Positions 28,793 to 39,057 of a DNA stretch of 64,000 nt are shown piece after piece. A model generated the notes under the pieces. The model did not search any database and had not been told where the DNA came from. It saw nothing but the letters and a program-made list of their open reading frames with translations. Made by a program: the position numbers and the translations under genes. Numbering within the stretch: position 1 is the stretch's first letter; each line of letters begins with the position of its first letter. The DNA comes from Thermoplasmatota archaeon (lineage in GTDB: Archaea; Thermoplasmatota; E2; JACPAO01; JAHFTW01), in NCBI GenBank assembly GCA_041601615.1, contig JBFIHX010000003.1, forward strand, positions 256,001 through 320,000, written 5' to 3'.

Positions 28793-29150
28793 AGCTCAAC
28801 ACCCGCACCCGGTACCGCTCGTCGTCTAGCGTGACGATGAGTTCCTTTTCGTCGCCGGCCACGCCGTAGTGGTCCCACAGCGCCGCTTCTTGCTCCGGGG
28901 TCCACTTCAGGTGTTCGTGTGCGCCGGCTTCGAGGCTGCGCAGAATGCGGTCGAGGTCGGGCCACATCGCTGCGTCGGATTGGGTCCAGGCTACGGCGAC
29001 TGCGTCGGCGCTCGGTTCGCATTGGGTTTCTAGGCAGTGGCGGACTTCGAGCAGGGGTTCGCACTCGATGCAGCCGGAGGCGCCCACGAGAGCGAGCGCA
29101 AGGGTGAGAATGGCGAAGGTGGGAAGCAAGCGCACGGGCGGGGACCTCAC
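28785..29150 (-). CDS. Small lipoprotein, unknown function
   Basis: ASGC lipobox; overlaps both neighbours (operon with eno and ABC genes). Confidence 0.7.
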   Translation of the reverse strand: MRSPPVRLLPTFAILTLALALVGASGCIECEPLLEVRHCLETQCEPSADAVAVAWTQSDAAMWPDLDRILRSLEAGAHEHLKWTPEQEAALWDHYGVAGDEKELIVTLDDERYRVRVLSCA

Positions 29151-30430
29151 CGGAAGCGGCGGTAGGTGTCGATGCCTCGGTAGGTGGCGGCGTCTCCGAG
29201 GCCTTCTTCGATGCGCAGAAGCTCGTTGTACTTGGCGACTCGGTCGCTGCGGGCGGGGGCGCCGGTTTTGATTTGGCCGGCGTTGGTGGCGACCGCGAGG
29301 TGCGCGATGATCGAGTCTTCGGTCTCGCCGCTGCGGTGGCTGACGACGTTGCTGAATCCGGCGTTCTCGGCCATGCGCATGACGTCGAGGGTTTCGGTCA
29401 GGGTGCCGATTTGGTTGACCTTGATGAGGATGGAGTTGGCTTCCTTGTCTTGGATGCCGGTGGCGAGGCGTTGTTGGTTGGTGACGAAGAGGTCGTCGCC
29501 GACGAGTTGGCAGCGGTCGCCGAGTTTCTTGGTTTGGTGGATCCAGCCGGCGTGGTCGTCTTCGCTCATACCGTCTTCGATGCTGATGATGGGGAAGCGG
29601 TCTGCGAGGTCTTCGTAGAAGGCGACGGTTTCTTCGCTGCTCTTTTTGCCGTCGACGCCGAAGTCGTATTCGCCCTTCTTAGGGTCGTAGAATTCGGTGG
29701 CGGCAACGTCGAGGGCGAGCAGGAGGTCGCTGCCCATTTCGTAGCCGGCGTTGCGGGCGGCTTTTTCGATGTAGGTCAGAGCGTCGACGTTGCTCGGGAG
29801 GTTGGGGGCGAAGCCGCCTTCGTCTCCTACGGCGGTGGCGAGTCCGTCGGCTTTGAGGGCCTTCTTGAGGTGGTGGTAGACCTCGACGCCCATGCGCATG
29901 GATTCTTGGAAGGTGTCGGCGCCGACGGGGGCGATCATGAATTCTTGGATGGACACGTTGTTGGCTGCGTGGGCGCCGCCGTTGAGGATGTTCATCAGGG
30001 GTACGGGGAGGACGCGACCGTTTTGGCCTCCGAGGTACATGTGGAGGGGCACTTGGAGCTCATCGGCGGCGGCGCGGGCGGTGGCGAGGCTCACGGCGAG
30101 TACGGCGTTGGCGCCGAGGTTGGCTTTGTTGGGGGAGTCGTCCAGTTCGAGCATCAAGTGGTCGATGCCGGTTTGGTCGAAGACGTCCATGCCTTGGACG
30201 GCGGCGGCGATTTGGTCGTTGACGTTGCGTACGGCGTCTTGGACGCCTTTGCCCATGTAGCGGGTGCCGCCGTCGCGTAGTTCGACGGCTTCGTGGGTGC
30301 CGGTGCTGGCGCCGCTGGGGACGATGGCGCGGCCCATGGCCCCGGTGTCGGTGACGACCTCCGCTTCTACCGTGGGGTTGCCTCGGCTGTCGAGCACTTC
30401 GCGAGCATGGACGGACAGGATGCCGGTCAC
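29147..30430 (-). CDS. eno: Enolase
   Basis: [49 protein letters not shown]. Confidence 0.98.
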   Translation of the reverse strand: MTGILSVHAREVLDSRGNPTVEAEVVTDTGAMGRAIVPSGASTGTHEAVELRDGGTRYMGKGVQDAVRNVNDQIAAAVQGMDVFDQTGIDHLMLELDDSPNKANLGANAVLAVSLATARAAADELQVPLHMYLGGQNGRVLPVPLMNILNGGAHAANNVSIQEFMIAPVGADTFQESMRMGVEVYHHLKKALKADGLATAVGDEGGFAPNLPSNVDALTYIEKAARNAGYEMGSDLLLALDVAATEFYDPKKGEYDFGVDGKKSSEETVAFYEDLADRFPIISIEDGMSEDDHAGWIHQTKKLGDRCQLVGDDLFVTNQQRLATGIQDKEANSILIKVNQIGTLTETLDVMRMAENAGFSNVVSHRSGETEDSIIAHLAVATNAGQIKTGAPARSDRVAKYNELLRIEEGLGDAATYRGIDTYRRFR

Positions 30431-30495
30431 GAGGGGCGCGAGTGAGCGGTTCCATAAGACGGCGACGGCTCAAGCGGGCCGCGGCATGGGCTGTT

Positions 30496-31743
30496 TTAGT
30501 CGAAGCTGTGTGCGGTTTGGGCTTTCTCCTTAGCAACGCGCGTCACGCCCACGAACAGGGGCCGCACGAGGTGGATTTGGCGCACGGCAAGGGCCACCAG
30601 AAGCGGGGCGGCGGCTAGTGGCACGAAGGCGAACCACCAGCTTTGGGCATCGGGGATGATGTTGTTGTCGTAGCTGGGGCGCCATTGGTAGGCGGCAAGT
30701 AGCACGAATTGTACGGCGGCCCAGGCGACGAAGATGAGGCCGGCGGCGTGGGCGAGGACGAATGCTTTGGCGTCGCGGTTGGTGGCGCTGGTGATGACGC
30801 CTCCGAGGGTTGCGATGAAGCCGGCAAAGAAGGTGGTCCAGGCGGCGGCGGTGAGCACTTTGAGGCTGAAGCTTGCGTGGGCAAACAGGGGCACGCCGAC
30901 GGTGTCGCTGGTGGGGGCGATGGTGAGGATGCCGCCGTAGAGGCCGTTGGCGTCGCTGCCGAAGCCGTCGCCTTCGAGGTCCACTTGCAGAATGGCGAGG
31001 TTGGCGCCGGCGCTGGCGCCCCAGGCACTGTACCAGTCGAGGCGGCCTTCGCAGACGGCGCTTTGGTTGCATTCGTTGTTGTCGCGGCGTTCGTCGCCGT
31101 CGAGGATTTGGAAGCTCCAGGGAACCGCGAGCATGGCGACGAGGATGATGGCGGCGAGGGTGATGGTGCGGGTGTGTTGTTTGGCGGCGTCGCGTAGGCC
31201 GTCGCGGGTGCTGATGACGCCGGTTGCGACGCGAAGGAAGACTCGGAGCATGAACAGGGCGCCGCCGGCTATGAGCAGGGGGCTGATGATCCAGAGGCGG
31301 TCGGTTTCGTGGGGATTGCTGCTGAGCACCCCAAGCAAGGTGGTAAAGCCGGTGCCGATCCAGTAGGCGGTGCTTGCTAGTGCCATCCAGGCTCCGGTAG
31401 CACCCACGAGGGCGAGGCCCCAGCCGGTGTAGCGGGCTACGTTGACGCCCATGGGCATGAGGCCGAAGATGAGCAGGAGCGTGCCTGCTACGAGTGCGAT
31501 GAGGATGCCGCTGAAGGCTATGTCGGGGTTGGGGAGGTTGTAGCGGCTGCCGGTGTCGAAGTCGGCTGCGATGTCTGCGACGCTGACGGTGTCGTCGTCG
31601 AGGCCGGCGCGGTTTTGGTCGGCGGGGTGGTCGACGATGCCGAAGGGGACGGCGAACTGGATGACCAGGAGTACAAGGGCTGTCAAGAATGCTACAAGCG
31701 AGGGGGTTCCGTAATGTCCGATTTTCATGCGCGTGCGGTCCAC
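30496..31743 (-). CDS. Multi-pass membrane protein (paralog 3 of 3)
   Basis: About 8 TMs; WIISP, LRD.A..H.R, PWS, WYSA motifs shared with neighbours. Confidence 0.8.
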   Translation of the reverse strand: MDRTRMKIGHYGTPSLVAFLTALVLLVIQFAVPFGIVDHPADQNRAGLDDDTVSVADIAADFDTGSRYNLPNPDIAFSGILIALVAGTLLLIFGLMPMGVNVARYTGWGLALVGATGAWMALASTAYWIGTGFTTLLGVLSSNPHETDRLWIISPLLIAGGALFMLRVFLRVATGVISTRDGLRDAAKQHTRTITLAAIILVAMLAVPWSFQILDGDERRDNNECNQSAVCEGRLDWYSAWGASAGANLAILQVDLEGDGFGSDANGLYGGILTIAPTSDTVGVPLFAHASFSLKVLTAAAWTTFFAGFIATLGGVITSATNRDAKAFVLAHAAGLIFVAWAAVQFVLLAAYQWRPSYDNNIIPDAQSWWFAFVPLAAAPLLVALAVRQIHLVRPLFVGVTRVAKEKAQTAHSFD

Positions 31744-32877
31744 CTAGGCGTCAAAGTCTGCCGCCTTCGTGGCGGGAGAAGCGGCTCCCATGAAAGACTT
31801 CAGGGTCGGTAGGTGTTGCCGTAGGAGCATCCACGCGGGCACGAGCACCAAAAGCGGGAAGAATCCGGGAAGGAAGGTGTGCTCGGTCGTTCCGTTGGGT
31901 GTAAACAGGACCCATGTGATGATGTAGAAGATGCAGGAGAGGGCCCAGAATAGGCCCACGGCCCAGATGCCGAGGTCTGCGGTGCGCAGGATCTTGGGGT
32001 CGGCGCCGGTGCTGACGTGGATGGCGGCGGCGGGCCAGACGAGGTGCCAAACGTAGGCGGTCCAGGTGAGGCCTAGGAGGATGTGGAGGGCGAGCGATAG
32101 GGCTCCGAAGTCGCCGTCGCGGGTGAAGCGCATGCGGCCACCGTCTACGCCTTCGGCGGGGGTGATGCTTTGGGCGTCTTCGGCGCTAAAAAAGTAGGGT
32201 GCGTCGTCGTCTCCGAGGTCAAAGTCGGCAAAGTCGCTGGTGCCGTCGGGCATGAGGCCGATGCTCCAGGGTACTAGGAGGATGGTGCCCATCATGGCGA
32301 GGGCGAGCACGGCGCTGCGGCCGTGGTGCTGGGCGCGTTCGCGTAGGTGGTCTTTGCTGCTGACGACGGTGGTCATCACTTTGAGGGAGAACACCAGAAG
32401 CGCCATGGATGCGGCGGCGACGAATACGGGGCTGATGGCCCAGAAGTTGCTGAGGAATTTGGTGCCGAAGATGGTGCCGAGGAAGGTGCTGAATCCGGTG
32501 CCTACCGAATACATGCTGCTCATCCACATCAGTCCGGCGCCGAGGGCGGTCATGGCGCCGCCGCCGTAGCCGACCAAGCGTGCGGCGGTCACTTGCAGGG
32601 GTTGGTATCCTAGGATGAGGAGGAGGGCGGCGCCGAATACGGCGAGGAGGGATCCGGCGAGGGTGACGGTGGGGCTTGGGTTGTTGGCCACGAGCTCGGC
32701 GGGCAGGAAGTCTCGTTGTTCCATGACGTCGCCGCGCCAAACCACTACGTCGTCGGGGGCTGCGGCGCTTCGGAACTCCACGACGCCGTAGGGCACGGCA
32801 AAGTGCAGCAGGAGAGCGGCGACGGCGAGGCCGGCGACGATCCAGGATGGGCGTCCGAAGTGTCCGTAGCTTTCCAT
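31744..32877 (-). CDS. Multi-pass membrane protein (paralog 2 of 3)
   Basis: WAISP, LRERAQHHGR, PWS, FFSA. Confidence 0.8.
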   Translation of the reverse strand: MESYGHFGRPSWIVAGLAVAALLLHFAVPYGVVEFRSAAAPDDVVVWRGDVMEQRDFLPAELVANNPSPTVTLAGSLLAVFGAALLLILGYQPLQVTAARLVGYGGGAMTALGAGLMWMSSMYSVGTGFSTFLGTIFGTKFLSNFWAISPVFVAAASMALLVFSLKVMTTVVSSKDHLRERAQHHGRSAVLALAMMGTILLVPWSIGLMPDGTSDFADFDLGDDDAPYFFSAEDAQSITPAEGVDGGRMRFTRDGDFGALSLALHILLGLTWTAYVWHLVWPAAAIHVSTGADPKILRTADLGIWAVGLFWALSCIFYIITWVLFTPNGTTEHTFLPGFFPLLVLVPAWMLLRQHLPTLKSFMGAASPATKAADFDA

Positions 32878-32878
32878 G

Positions 32879-34051
32879 CTAATCGTAGGTGATGGGTTCG
32901 GGGAAGTCGTCTGCGAGTAGGGTGCCTGATTCGCGCATGAGGGTGCGGGAGATGGCGATTTGGGAGAGGAGGCCCATGAATACGGGAATCAGGGCGCCGA
33001 GGCCGAGGATAAGTCCGCGGTCGTCGATATCGGCGTTGGGGCGATGCAGCAGGAGCACGATGAGGCTTGTGAGAATGAACAGGCCGACGTTGGCGGTGAT
33101 GCCGGCGTAGACGGAGCCTTGCCAGAGGTTGCCGAGGTTGCGGTCGCCTTGGGCGCCTAGGAGGGTGCCGTGGGTTCCAAGCACGGTTGCGAGGCCGGCA
33201 AGGAGGACGGCGGAGAAGCCGAGCCAGAGGGCGCGGCCGAGGTCTTCGTATTGGACGAGGTTGCCTCGGTTGGTTTCTTCGGCGGCGCGGCTGGTGCCTT
33301 CGTGGATGCGATAGGTGTCGTAGGCGCTGAACCAGAATGTGTCGTTGTCTGTGGCGGTGGCGCCGTTGTTGTTGCCGAGGTTGTCGGGCAGTTCTTGGGC
33401 GCTTAGTGGTGCTGCAAACAGCACGGCGAGGACGATGAGGGCCATCCAGCCGGCGCGGGTGTGCAATGCGGCTTGGGGGCGTAGGTCGAATTCGCCGGTG
33501 GCGCGTGCGGCGAGGCCTCGCGCTTGGACGATGACTGCGGCTAGTGCTAGGCCCAGGACGAGTGTCGGGGCGATGGTCCAGACACTGCTGTAGGCGTCGG
33601 GGGTAAATGGACCGGTGCGAAGGAGCGCGGCGGGTGCGTCGAAGCCGGCGATGGTGTGCACGAGTGTTGTCAGGAGGCGGCCGGTCCAGAGGGCGCTGTA
33701 GTGGATGGTGGCGGTGGCGCCTGCGAGGGTGGTGGCGAGGCCGGCCACGATGAGTCCATGGCGGTTGCGGCGGTCGCCGAGCCAGGCAAGTGCGGTTCCG
33801 GTGGCAAGCACGACGGCGGAGATGGCTCCGTATAGGGCTGCGGCGCCGGGGACGGTTTCATGGTCGAGGTCCCAGGAGAGTTGGTCCCACCAGAAGCGCA
33901 GTTCCGTGGTGGAGGTCTGGTTGGGCGCTTCGTCTTGCAAGAAAACGTGGGGTGCTGCGGCCAGCACGGTGAGTGCTAGGCCTGCGAGCACTAGCGCGGC
34001 AAAGAGGGCTCGCGAGGGGCGTTTTTCGGGTTGTGTTGTTGCGTCAACCAC
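32879..34051 (-). CDS. Multi-pass membrane protein (paralog 1 of 3)
   Basis: WTIAP, LRPQAALHTR, PLS, WFSA. Confidence 0.78.
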   Translation of the reverse strand: MVDATTQPEKRPSRALFAALVLAGLALTVLAAAPHVFLQDEAPNQTSTTELRFWWDQLSWDLDHETVPGAAALYGAISAVVLATGTALAWLGDRRNRHGLIVAGLATTLAGATATIHYSALWTGRLLTTLVHTIAGFDAPAALLRTGPFTPDAYSSVWTIAPTLVLGLALAAVIVQARGLAARATGEFDLRPQAALHTRAGWMALIVLAVLFAAPLSAQELPDNLGNNNGATATDNDTFWFSAYDTYRIHEGTSRAAEETNRGNLVQYEDLGRALWLGFSAVLLAGLATVLGTHGTLLGAQGDRNLGNLWQGSVYAGITANVGLFILTSLIVLLLHRPNADIDDRGLILGLGALIPVFMGLLSQIAISRTLMRESGTLLADDFPEPITYD

Positions 34052-34081
34052 CGGGAATCGGGCAACGACCCTGGGCCGGGG

Positions 34082-35164
34082 TCAAAAGGTTTGGGCGGGT
34101 AGGCTTGAAACGACTCGGTCCAGCGCCGCCAGCCCCTCTCGCAGTGGCCCGGGTTTGATGCCGAGGCTGATTCGAACGTGTCCGGGGGTCCCGAAGCCTT
34201 CGCCGGGAATGACGAGGACGCCGTTTTGGATGGCTTGGATTGCAATTTCGGTCGCCTCATGCATGGCGGGAAACGCCGTGAGTCCGATGGGTCCTGCATC
34301 GCGGCCGGTATCTTCGCACCAAGTTTGGTAGATGGCGTGCGTGGCGGCGAGGCGTTGGTCCAATAATTCGCGTGCTTCGGCTTCGCGGGCAAGCAGGTGC
34401 AGGCCGATGCGGGAGCCGACGACGGGGTTGGAAAGGGAGGCGAGGCGGTGTACCTGCATGATGCGGTCCGTGTCGGGGGCGGTGGCGGCGAGCCAGCCGG
34501 TGCGGATGCCGGGGGCCCCCCAGCATTTGTTGAATCCGCTGGTGGTGATGCAGGCGTCGTGTTGGTCGGCGGCGATGACGTGGTCTGTGAGTTCGCGGTA
34601 GACTTGGTCCACGAGTACGCGGGCGCCGACGTTGGCGGCGATGGCTCCGAGTGCTTCCAGGTCCTCGGCGCTGGCGGCGGCCCCGGTGGGGTTGTTGGGG
34701 CTGGTGAGGAGAACGAGTGCGGTGTTCGAGTCGGTGGCTTTTGCTACGTCGGCGGGGTCGAGTCGCCAGTTTTGGCCGGGGTCGCGGTCTACGAATCGGA
34801 CTTCGGCGCCAAGGCCTCGGGCAAGGTGTGGCAGTGGCGCGTAGTAGGGTCGTTCGCAGACCACGTTGCAGCCGGGGCCAAGGAAGGTCAGGAGGGTGGC
34901 GAGGTTGGCGCCGGTGGTGCCGGAGGTGACGATGAGTTCGTCGTCGGCGCGGTTCCAGCGCTGGGCAAGGGCCGCACGCAATTCGGTGGCGGGGTCGAGG
35001 TCTATCCAGGCTAGGTCTTTGGCTTCGAGTTCGAGGCCGTCGAGGCGGCCGGCCCAGGGGGCGACGAAGGCACTGGAACCCAGGTTGTGCTTCGGCGCGC
35101 CGTGCTTCCATGCTCGGGCGAGCCATTCCACGTGGTCGAAGGCTGGAAACTCCACGCGCTGCAA
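34082..35164 (-). CDS. PLP-dependent aminotransferase class I/II
   Basis: PNNPTG, DQVY, GFNKCWG.PG.R.GW, PGEGFG...HVRIS. Confidence 0.92.
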   Translation of the reverse strand: MQRVEFPAFDHVEWLARAWKHGAPKHNLGSSAFVAPWAGRLDGLELEAKDLAWIDLDPATELRAALAQRWNRADDELIVTSGTTGANLATLLTFLGPGCNVVCERPYYAPLPHLARGLGAEVRFVDRDPGQNWRLDPADVAKATDSNTALVLLTSPNNPTGAAASAEDLEALGAIAANVGARVLVDQVYRELTDHVIAADQHDACITTSGFNKCWGAPGIRTGWLAATAPDTDRIMQVHRLASLSNPVVGSRIGLHLLAREAEARELLDQRLAATHAIYQTWCEDTGRDAGPIGLTAFPAMHEATEIAIQAIQNGVLVIPGEGFGTPGHVRISLGIKPGPLREGLAALDRVVSSLPAQTF

Positions 35165-35242
35165 CAGCGGCTGGCCTTCATTTGTCTGGCGACCCCCTAC
35201 GCCTATGGTTTATCTGGAACGGTTCGATGGCGAACCGCCCTC

Positions 35243-36409
35243 ATGGACCCTCGGTTTCCCGCGATGCTCCTGTTGCCGTTGCTGCTCTTGCCCCTAGTTG
35301 ATCCCATTGCCGCGCAATCGGCCCCGGTGCCGGGCGCGGGCGCGAATCCTGAGCCCACGGTGCTGTTTTTGACGGGGATTGTGGACGAGGGGATCGATGG
35401 ATCGAGCGGCAATACGCTTGGCGACACTTTGGCAGGAACGGATCAATCGGTGACACTCTTGCCTTTGGTGGGCGGCTCCATCCAACTTCCCGGGGTCGGA
35501 CAACAGGAGGCCACTTGGGACAGCACCGAGCCGTGGCCAGAGGACCATGAATTGTTGGCCGACGTGCGCGTGGATGTGTGGATTCAAGGAGTTGCCAAAT
35601 TGCGCGTCGAACTGTACGACGTGGCTCCGGATGGCGCGGTTCGGCTCTTGGGCGAGGATGTGCGTACCGTCAGCCGCCAGGAAACCGCCCCGATTCTGGC
35701 GACCTTTGAGTTGGCAACGGAGGGCGAGGTGATGCAGCAGTACCACGGTTTGCGGCTTCTAGTCGCCATTGATGACCTGACCAGCATCGTCACTTTGCAC
35801 TACGATGCCGCCGATACGCCTGCCGCGGTAACCCTCACGCATGCGCCGCTCGACTCGGACAAGGACGGCATCCGCGACCGGGAAGAACGAGCGCTCGGAA
35901 CGGACCCCCTTGACCCCAAGGACCCCGACGACCGCATCTCCGACTCCGACCGCGATGGACTTTCGGACACCCGCGAACGGAGCCTCGGAACCAACCCCGA
36001 CAATCCAGATTCCGATGGCGACGGTTGGAGCGACGGCGCCGAAGTCGTGCTCGGAACCAATCCCCTAGACGGCGCCGACTTGCCCACGGACACGGACGCC
36101 GACGGCCTCGCGGACGCATGGGAACGCAGGCACTTTGGCGACCTCTCGGCCAACGCGGATGGCGACCCGGATGGCGACGGGCTCGTGAACATGCTGGAAC
36201 AACAATACGGAACCAATCCAAGAGACGCGGACTCGGACGACGACGGCACCGACGACGGCATGGAAGTGGCGCAAGGACGCGACCCACGCGACGCCGTGGA
36301 CCGCAGCGACCCAGAGCCCCGCGTGGTGGAACTCGTGGCCGGCATCCTCCTTGCCCTCGCGACCATTTCCTTTGCCACCGTCGGCCTACTTCGGAGGCAC
36401 GCCCTATGA
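35243..36409 (+). CDS. Surface protein with DxDxDG (TSP3-like Ca-binding) repeats and C-terminal TM
   Basis: Signal from MDPRF; repeated DSD.DG..D..E...GT.P; tail TM ending RRHAL. Confidence 0.85.
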   Translation: MDPRFPAMLLLPLLLLPLVDPIAAQSAPVPGAGANPEPTVLFLTGIVDEGIDGSSGNTLGDTLAGTDQSVTLLPLVGGSIQLPGVGQQEATWDSTEPWPEDHELLADVRVDVWIQGVAKLRVELYDVAPDGAVRLLGEDVRTVSRQETAPILATFELATEGEVMQQYHGLRLLVAIDDLTSIVTLHYDAADTPAAVTLTHAPLDSDKDGIRDREERALGTDPLDPKDPDDRISDSDRDGLSDTRERSLGTNPDNPDSDGDGWSDGAEVVLGTNPLDGADLPTDTDADGLADAWERRHFGDLSANADGDPDGDGLVNMLEQQYGTNPRDADSDDDGTDDGMEVAQGRDPRDAVDRSDPEPRVVELVAGILLALATISFATVGLLRRHAL

Positions 36410-36663
36410 GAAAACGGAGCATCCGATTCCTGCTCAAATGGAGCTTTCCGCTGACGTTTGCCCTGCTCGCTTTCGTGGTCGCGGACTTCTGGCTGTGGAA
36501 CAGTGAGGCGATGATCGTCTTGCTTGGCCTCATGACCCTCCTGTTGGTCGCGGTGCTCGTGTTGCTCGTCCTCGAAGACCGCCCCAAATTCCTGCGCATC
36601 GACCTCGACGAACGCATCGAACCCTCGACCACCGTCATCTACCCTCGTGATCCTCATGGCTGA
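36406..36663 (+). CDS. Small 2-TM protein
   Basis: MRKRSIRFLLKWSF... begins in ATGA overlap with upstream stop; resembles N-terminus of 57342..58175. Confidence 0.75.
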   Translation: MRKRSIRFLLKWSFPLTFALLAFVVADFWLWNSEAMIVLLGLMTLLLVAVLVLLVLEDRPKFLRIDLDERIEPSTTVIYPRDPHG

Positions 36664-37630
36664 ACTCGACATCCTGCCCGCTTGGGCCATCCACTACCTC
36701 AACGAGAACATCCTCGACCACGCTCGCGTGCTCAATGCACTGCCCATCGAGGACGGACGCAACTCGTACCTCCTGAACACCAGCCGAGGCGCCTTGATCT
36801 TGTCCAAGAAGCGATTCGGGGAGCCGCATCACTGGCTCCTTCCGTTGCCGGGCACCCGCGTGGACTTCGACTGCGATGTGTGCTCCGAGCGGATGGGATT
36901 CATCAACCCCGAAGTGCCCCGCATGGTTCACTGTCCACATTGCGCCGCCGAGTACACCCTCGTCGAAGAAGCCGGAGAGCTCCTACTGATGCCCAGTGAA
37001 ACCATCGTGGACCTCGAATCCGAGCCAACAGGGTCGCCCGAGCCGGACCCGTTGCCGCCAGCACCCCCGGAACCGCGCCCGGAGCCCGAGCCGGAACCAG
37101 AGCCTGAACCCTACACCGAACCTGAACCCGGCCCCCTCCCTCCGGCATCACTCGAGGCCGCCCCCGCCACCGCCGCCGCAAGTAGCGCAGTTCGATCCGG
37201 CGACTACCGCGACTACTTGGGCGACGTCCATCCAGTCATGGAAGTGGAGGGCATTGGACCCGTGTATGCTGCCAATCTCAAACGCATCGGCGTCCTGACC
37301 ACAGCCCGCCTCTGCTACGAGGATGCCGAAAGCCTCGCCGAACGCATCGGAGCCCGGCAAAAAACGGTCGAATCCTGGCAGGACATGGCCCAACTCATGA
37401 AAATCAAAGGCGTCGGACCACAGTACGCCGAAGTGCTCGTGCGCAGCGGCATTCGAATGGACGAGCTGCGCCGCCGCAGCCCCACTCGCATCGCCGACGA
37501 AGTCAACGCGTACCACGACAGCCTAGACACCAATGTGCTGGGAAACCGCGTCACCCCGAAACGCGTGGCGCGCTGGCAAGAGACCGCCAAGTCCATGCAG
37601 CGCGTCAAGCAACCCGTTCCCCTCGAATAA
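36656..37630 (+). CDS. Zn-ribbon + PE-rich linker + tandem helix-hairpin-helix (DUF4332-like) protein
   Basis: CDVC/CPHC; EPEP linker; VEGIGPVYA..L...G and IKGVGPQYAEVL..SG. Confidence 0.82.
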   Translation: MAELDILPAWAIHYLNENILDHARVLNALPIEDGRNSYLLNTSRGALILSKKRFGEPHHWLLPLPGTRVDFDCDVCSERMGFINPEVPRMVHCPHCAAEYTLVEEAGELLLMPSETIVDLESEPTGSPEPDPLPPAPPEPRPEPEPEPEPEPYTEPEPGPLPPASLEAAPATAAASSAVRSGDYRDYLGDVHPVMEVEGIGPVYAANLKRIGVLTTARLCYEDAESLAERIGARQKTVESWQDMAQLMKIKGVGPQYAEVLVRSGIRMDELRRRSPTRIADEVNAYHDSLDTNVLGNRVTPKRVARWQETAKSMQRVKQPVPLE

Positions 37631-37699
37631 GCGACGCCGTCGCCAGAAAAGCAAGGCATCGGTTTCAAACCCTCCTCCGGTCTCGGCCGCCTCGTCGCC

Positions 37700-38155
37700 A
37701 TGTACGCCTGCCCCCACTGCGACTCCACGAAGATGTTCATGGCCTACAAGGATGGCCACCTTCTGCGCGTCCTCGAAGACCACGAAGACGTGGACGGACT
37801 TTCCGAAGTCAGCGAACTCTTGTGCGTCGACTGCAACGAATGGTTCCAGAACCCCTACCAAGACTCTCATGGTCGAACCCTGACGGGCGAACTCGTCACC
37901 ATCACCGGCCTCAAGAGCAAAGGCACCATCAAAGTGGTCGCAAGCGGCCTCCAGTTCCCGTTCCACTACGACACGTACGAATCCGAAGCCGCCGAGGCAC
38001 TGCGCGGCCAACCCGCCGAATTCATCTCGGACCTGCGCGAATTCAGTGAACACCGCGACCACACCCTTGGCCTGCGCGTCAAAGAAGTAGGCAACCCCAA
38101 CACCTGGGTCTACCGCCTCGACCGCCGCCGCCTCTGGAAAGCATTGCGCACCTAG
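37700..38155 (+). CDS. Zn-ribbon-containing hypothetical protein
   Basis: CPHC...CVDC; typical codon usage. Confidence 0.75.
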   Translation: MYACPHCDSTKMFMAYKDGHLLRVLEDHEDVDGLSEVSELLCVDCNEWFQNPYQDSHGRTLTGELVTITGLKSKGTIKVVASGLQFPFHYDTYESEAAEALRGQPAEFISDLREFSEHRDHTLGLRVKEVGNPNTWVYRLDRRRLWKALRT

Positions 38156-38212
38156 TCCCCCCGCTCCGACTCGGTTCGCGCAGTTCAAGACCCGGGGCCA
38201 AATCGATTGACA

Positions 38213-38410
38213 ATGGACATCACTCCGCTCGTCTCCGCTGGAGACTTCGCCGCCCCGACGCCGATCATCATCGCCATCGTCCTGATTGTCCTGGGCCTGC
38301 TGATCATCCGGTTCGTCCTGAAAACCGTCTTTACCCTGGCAAAAATCGGCATCCTGGTGGCGATTGGCGTCGCCGCCTACCTTGGAATCTCGGTGCTGCT
38401 CGGCTCGTAA
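38213..38410 (+). CDS. Small 2-TM membrane protein
   Basis: Hydrophobic 65-aa ORF after TTCAAG promoter-like box. Confidence 0.7.
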   Translation: MDITPLVSAGDFAAPTPIIIAIVLIVLGLLIIRFVLKTVFTLAKIGILVAIGVAAYLGISVLLGS

Positions 38411-38955
38411 TCGCCAAGCACCGCAGCATCCGTTGAATCGCCGAGGTCCAACTCTCTAGGATCAAAAACCGTAACGTCCGGCGCCGGCCAGCCTGCCTCG
38501 CGCACCGCATCCAAAGCCGGCCCCACCGCGTCCCACGCTTCGTCCTCCTCCAGCGACAATATGGCAATGCGCAGCGGGGTTCTTGGGTCGCCCGCCGTGT
38601 CGCCATCGGCTCGGTACGCGTGGATGGATTCGAAAGGCCCATGGAATCCGGAGCGGAATGCATCCAAGGTCCTAGCCCGCACGTCCGGCACCTCCAACCC
38701 GCGCAAGAGGTCCGCCACCGGCCCCGCCCGCCACCGAATGACCGCGTCGCGTCCAGGCCGCAGCTTATCGAGCGCTTCCAAGGCCTCCAAATCGTCCACC
38801 ACCCGCCCAGCTGTTGCCGTCGGAACCCCTGCCGCCCGGGCGAGCCCCCGCAGCGTCCAAGGCCCGAATCCGGCTCGAAGCTCATCCAGTACCGCCCCCG
38901 CGCTGCGACGGCCAAGCACAGTAAGCAATGGGTTGTCGGCAAGCACCACAACCAT
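38377..38955 (-). CDS. Winged-HTH protein with degenerate nucleotidyltransferase-like domain
   Basis: TLRGLARAAGVPTATAGRVVDDL HTH; C-terminal alpha/beta region. Confidence 0.6.
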   Translation of the reverse strand: MVVVLADNPLLTVLGRRSAGAVLDELRAGFGPWTLRGLARAAGVPTATAGRVVDDLEALEALDKLRPGRDAVIRWRAGPVADLLRGLEVPDVRARTLDAFRSGFHGPFESIHAYRADGDTAGDPRTPLRIAILSLEEDEAWDAVGPALDAVREAGWPAPDVTVFDPRELDLGDSTDAAVLGDYEPSSTEIPR

Positions 38956-39057
38956 TGTATCAAAATTGGTACAATAGCTCTTTCTCCCGTACACGCGCCC
39001 ACCGGACCCAAACAGACAGGCAAAGCGGTCAAATAGGGGCGCTATGTGGGCCGCAAC

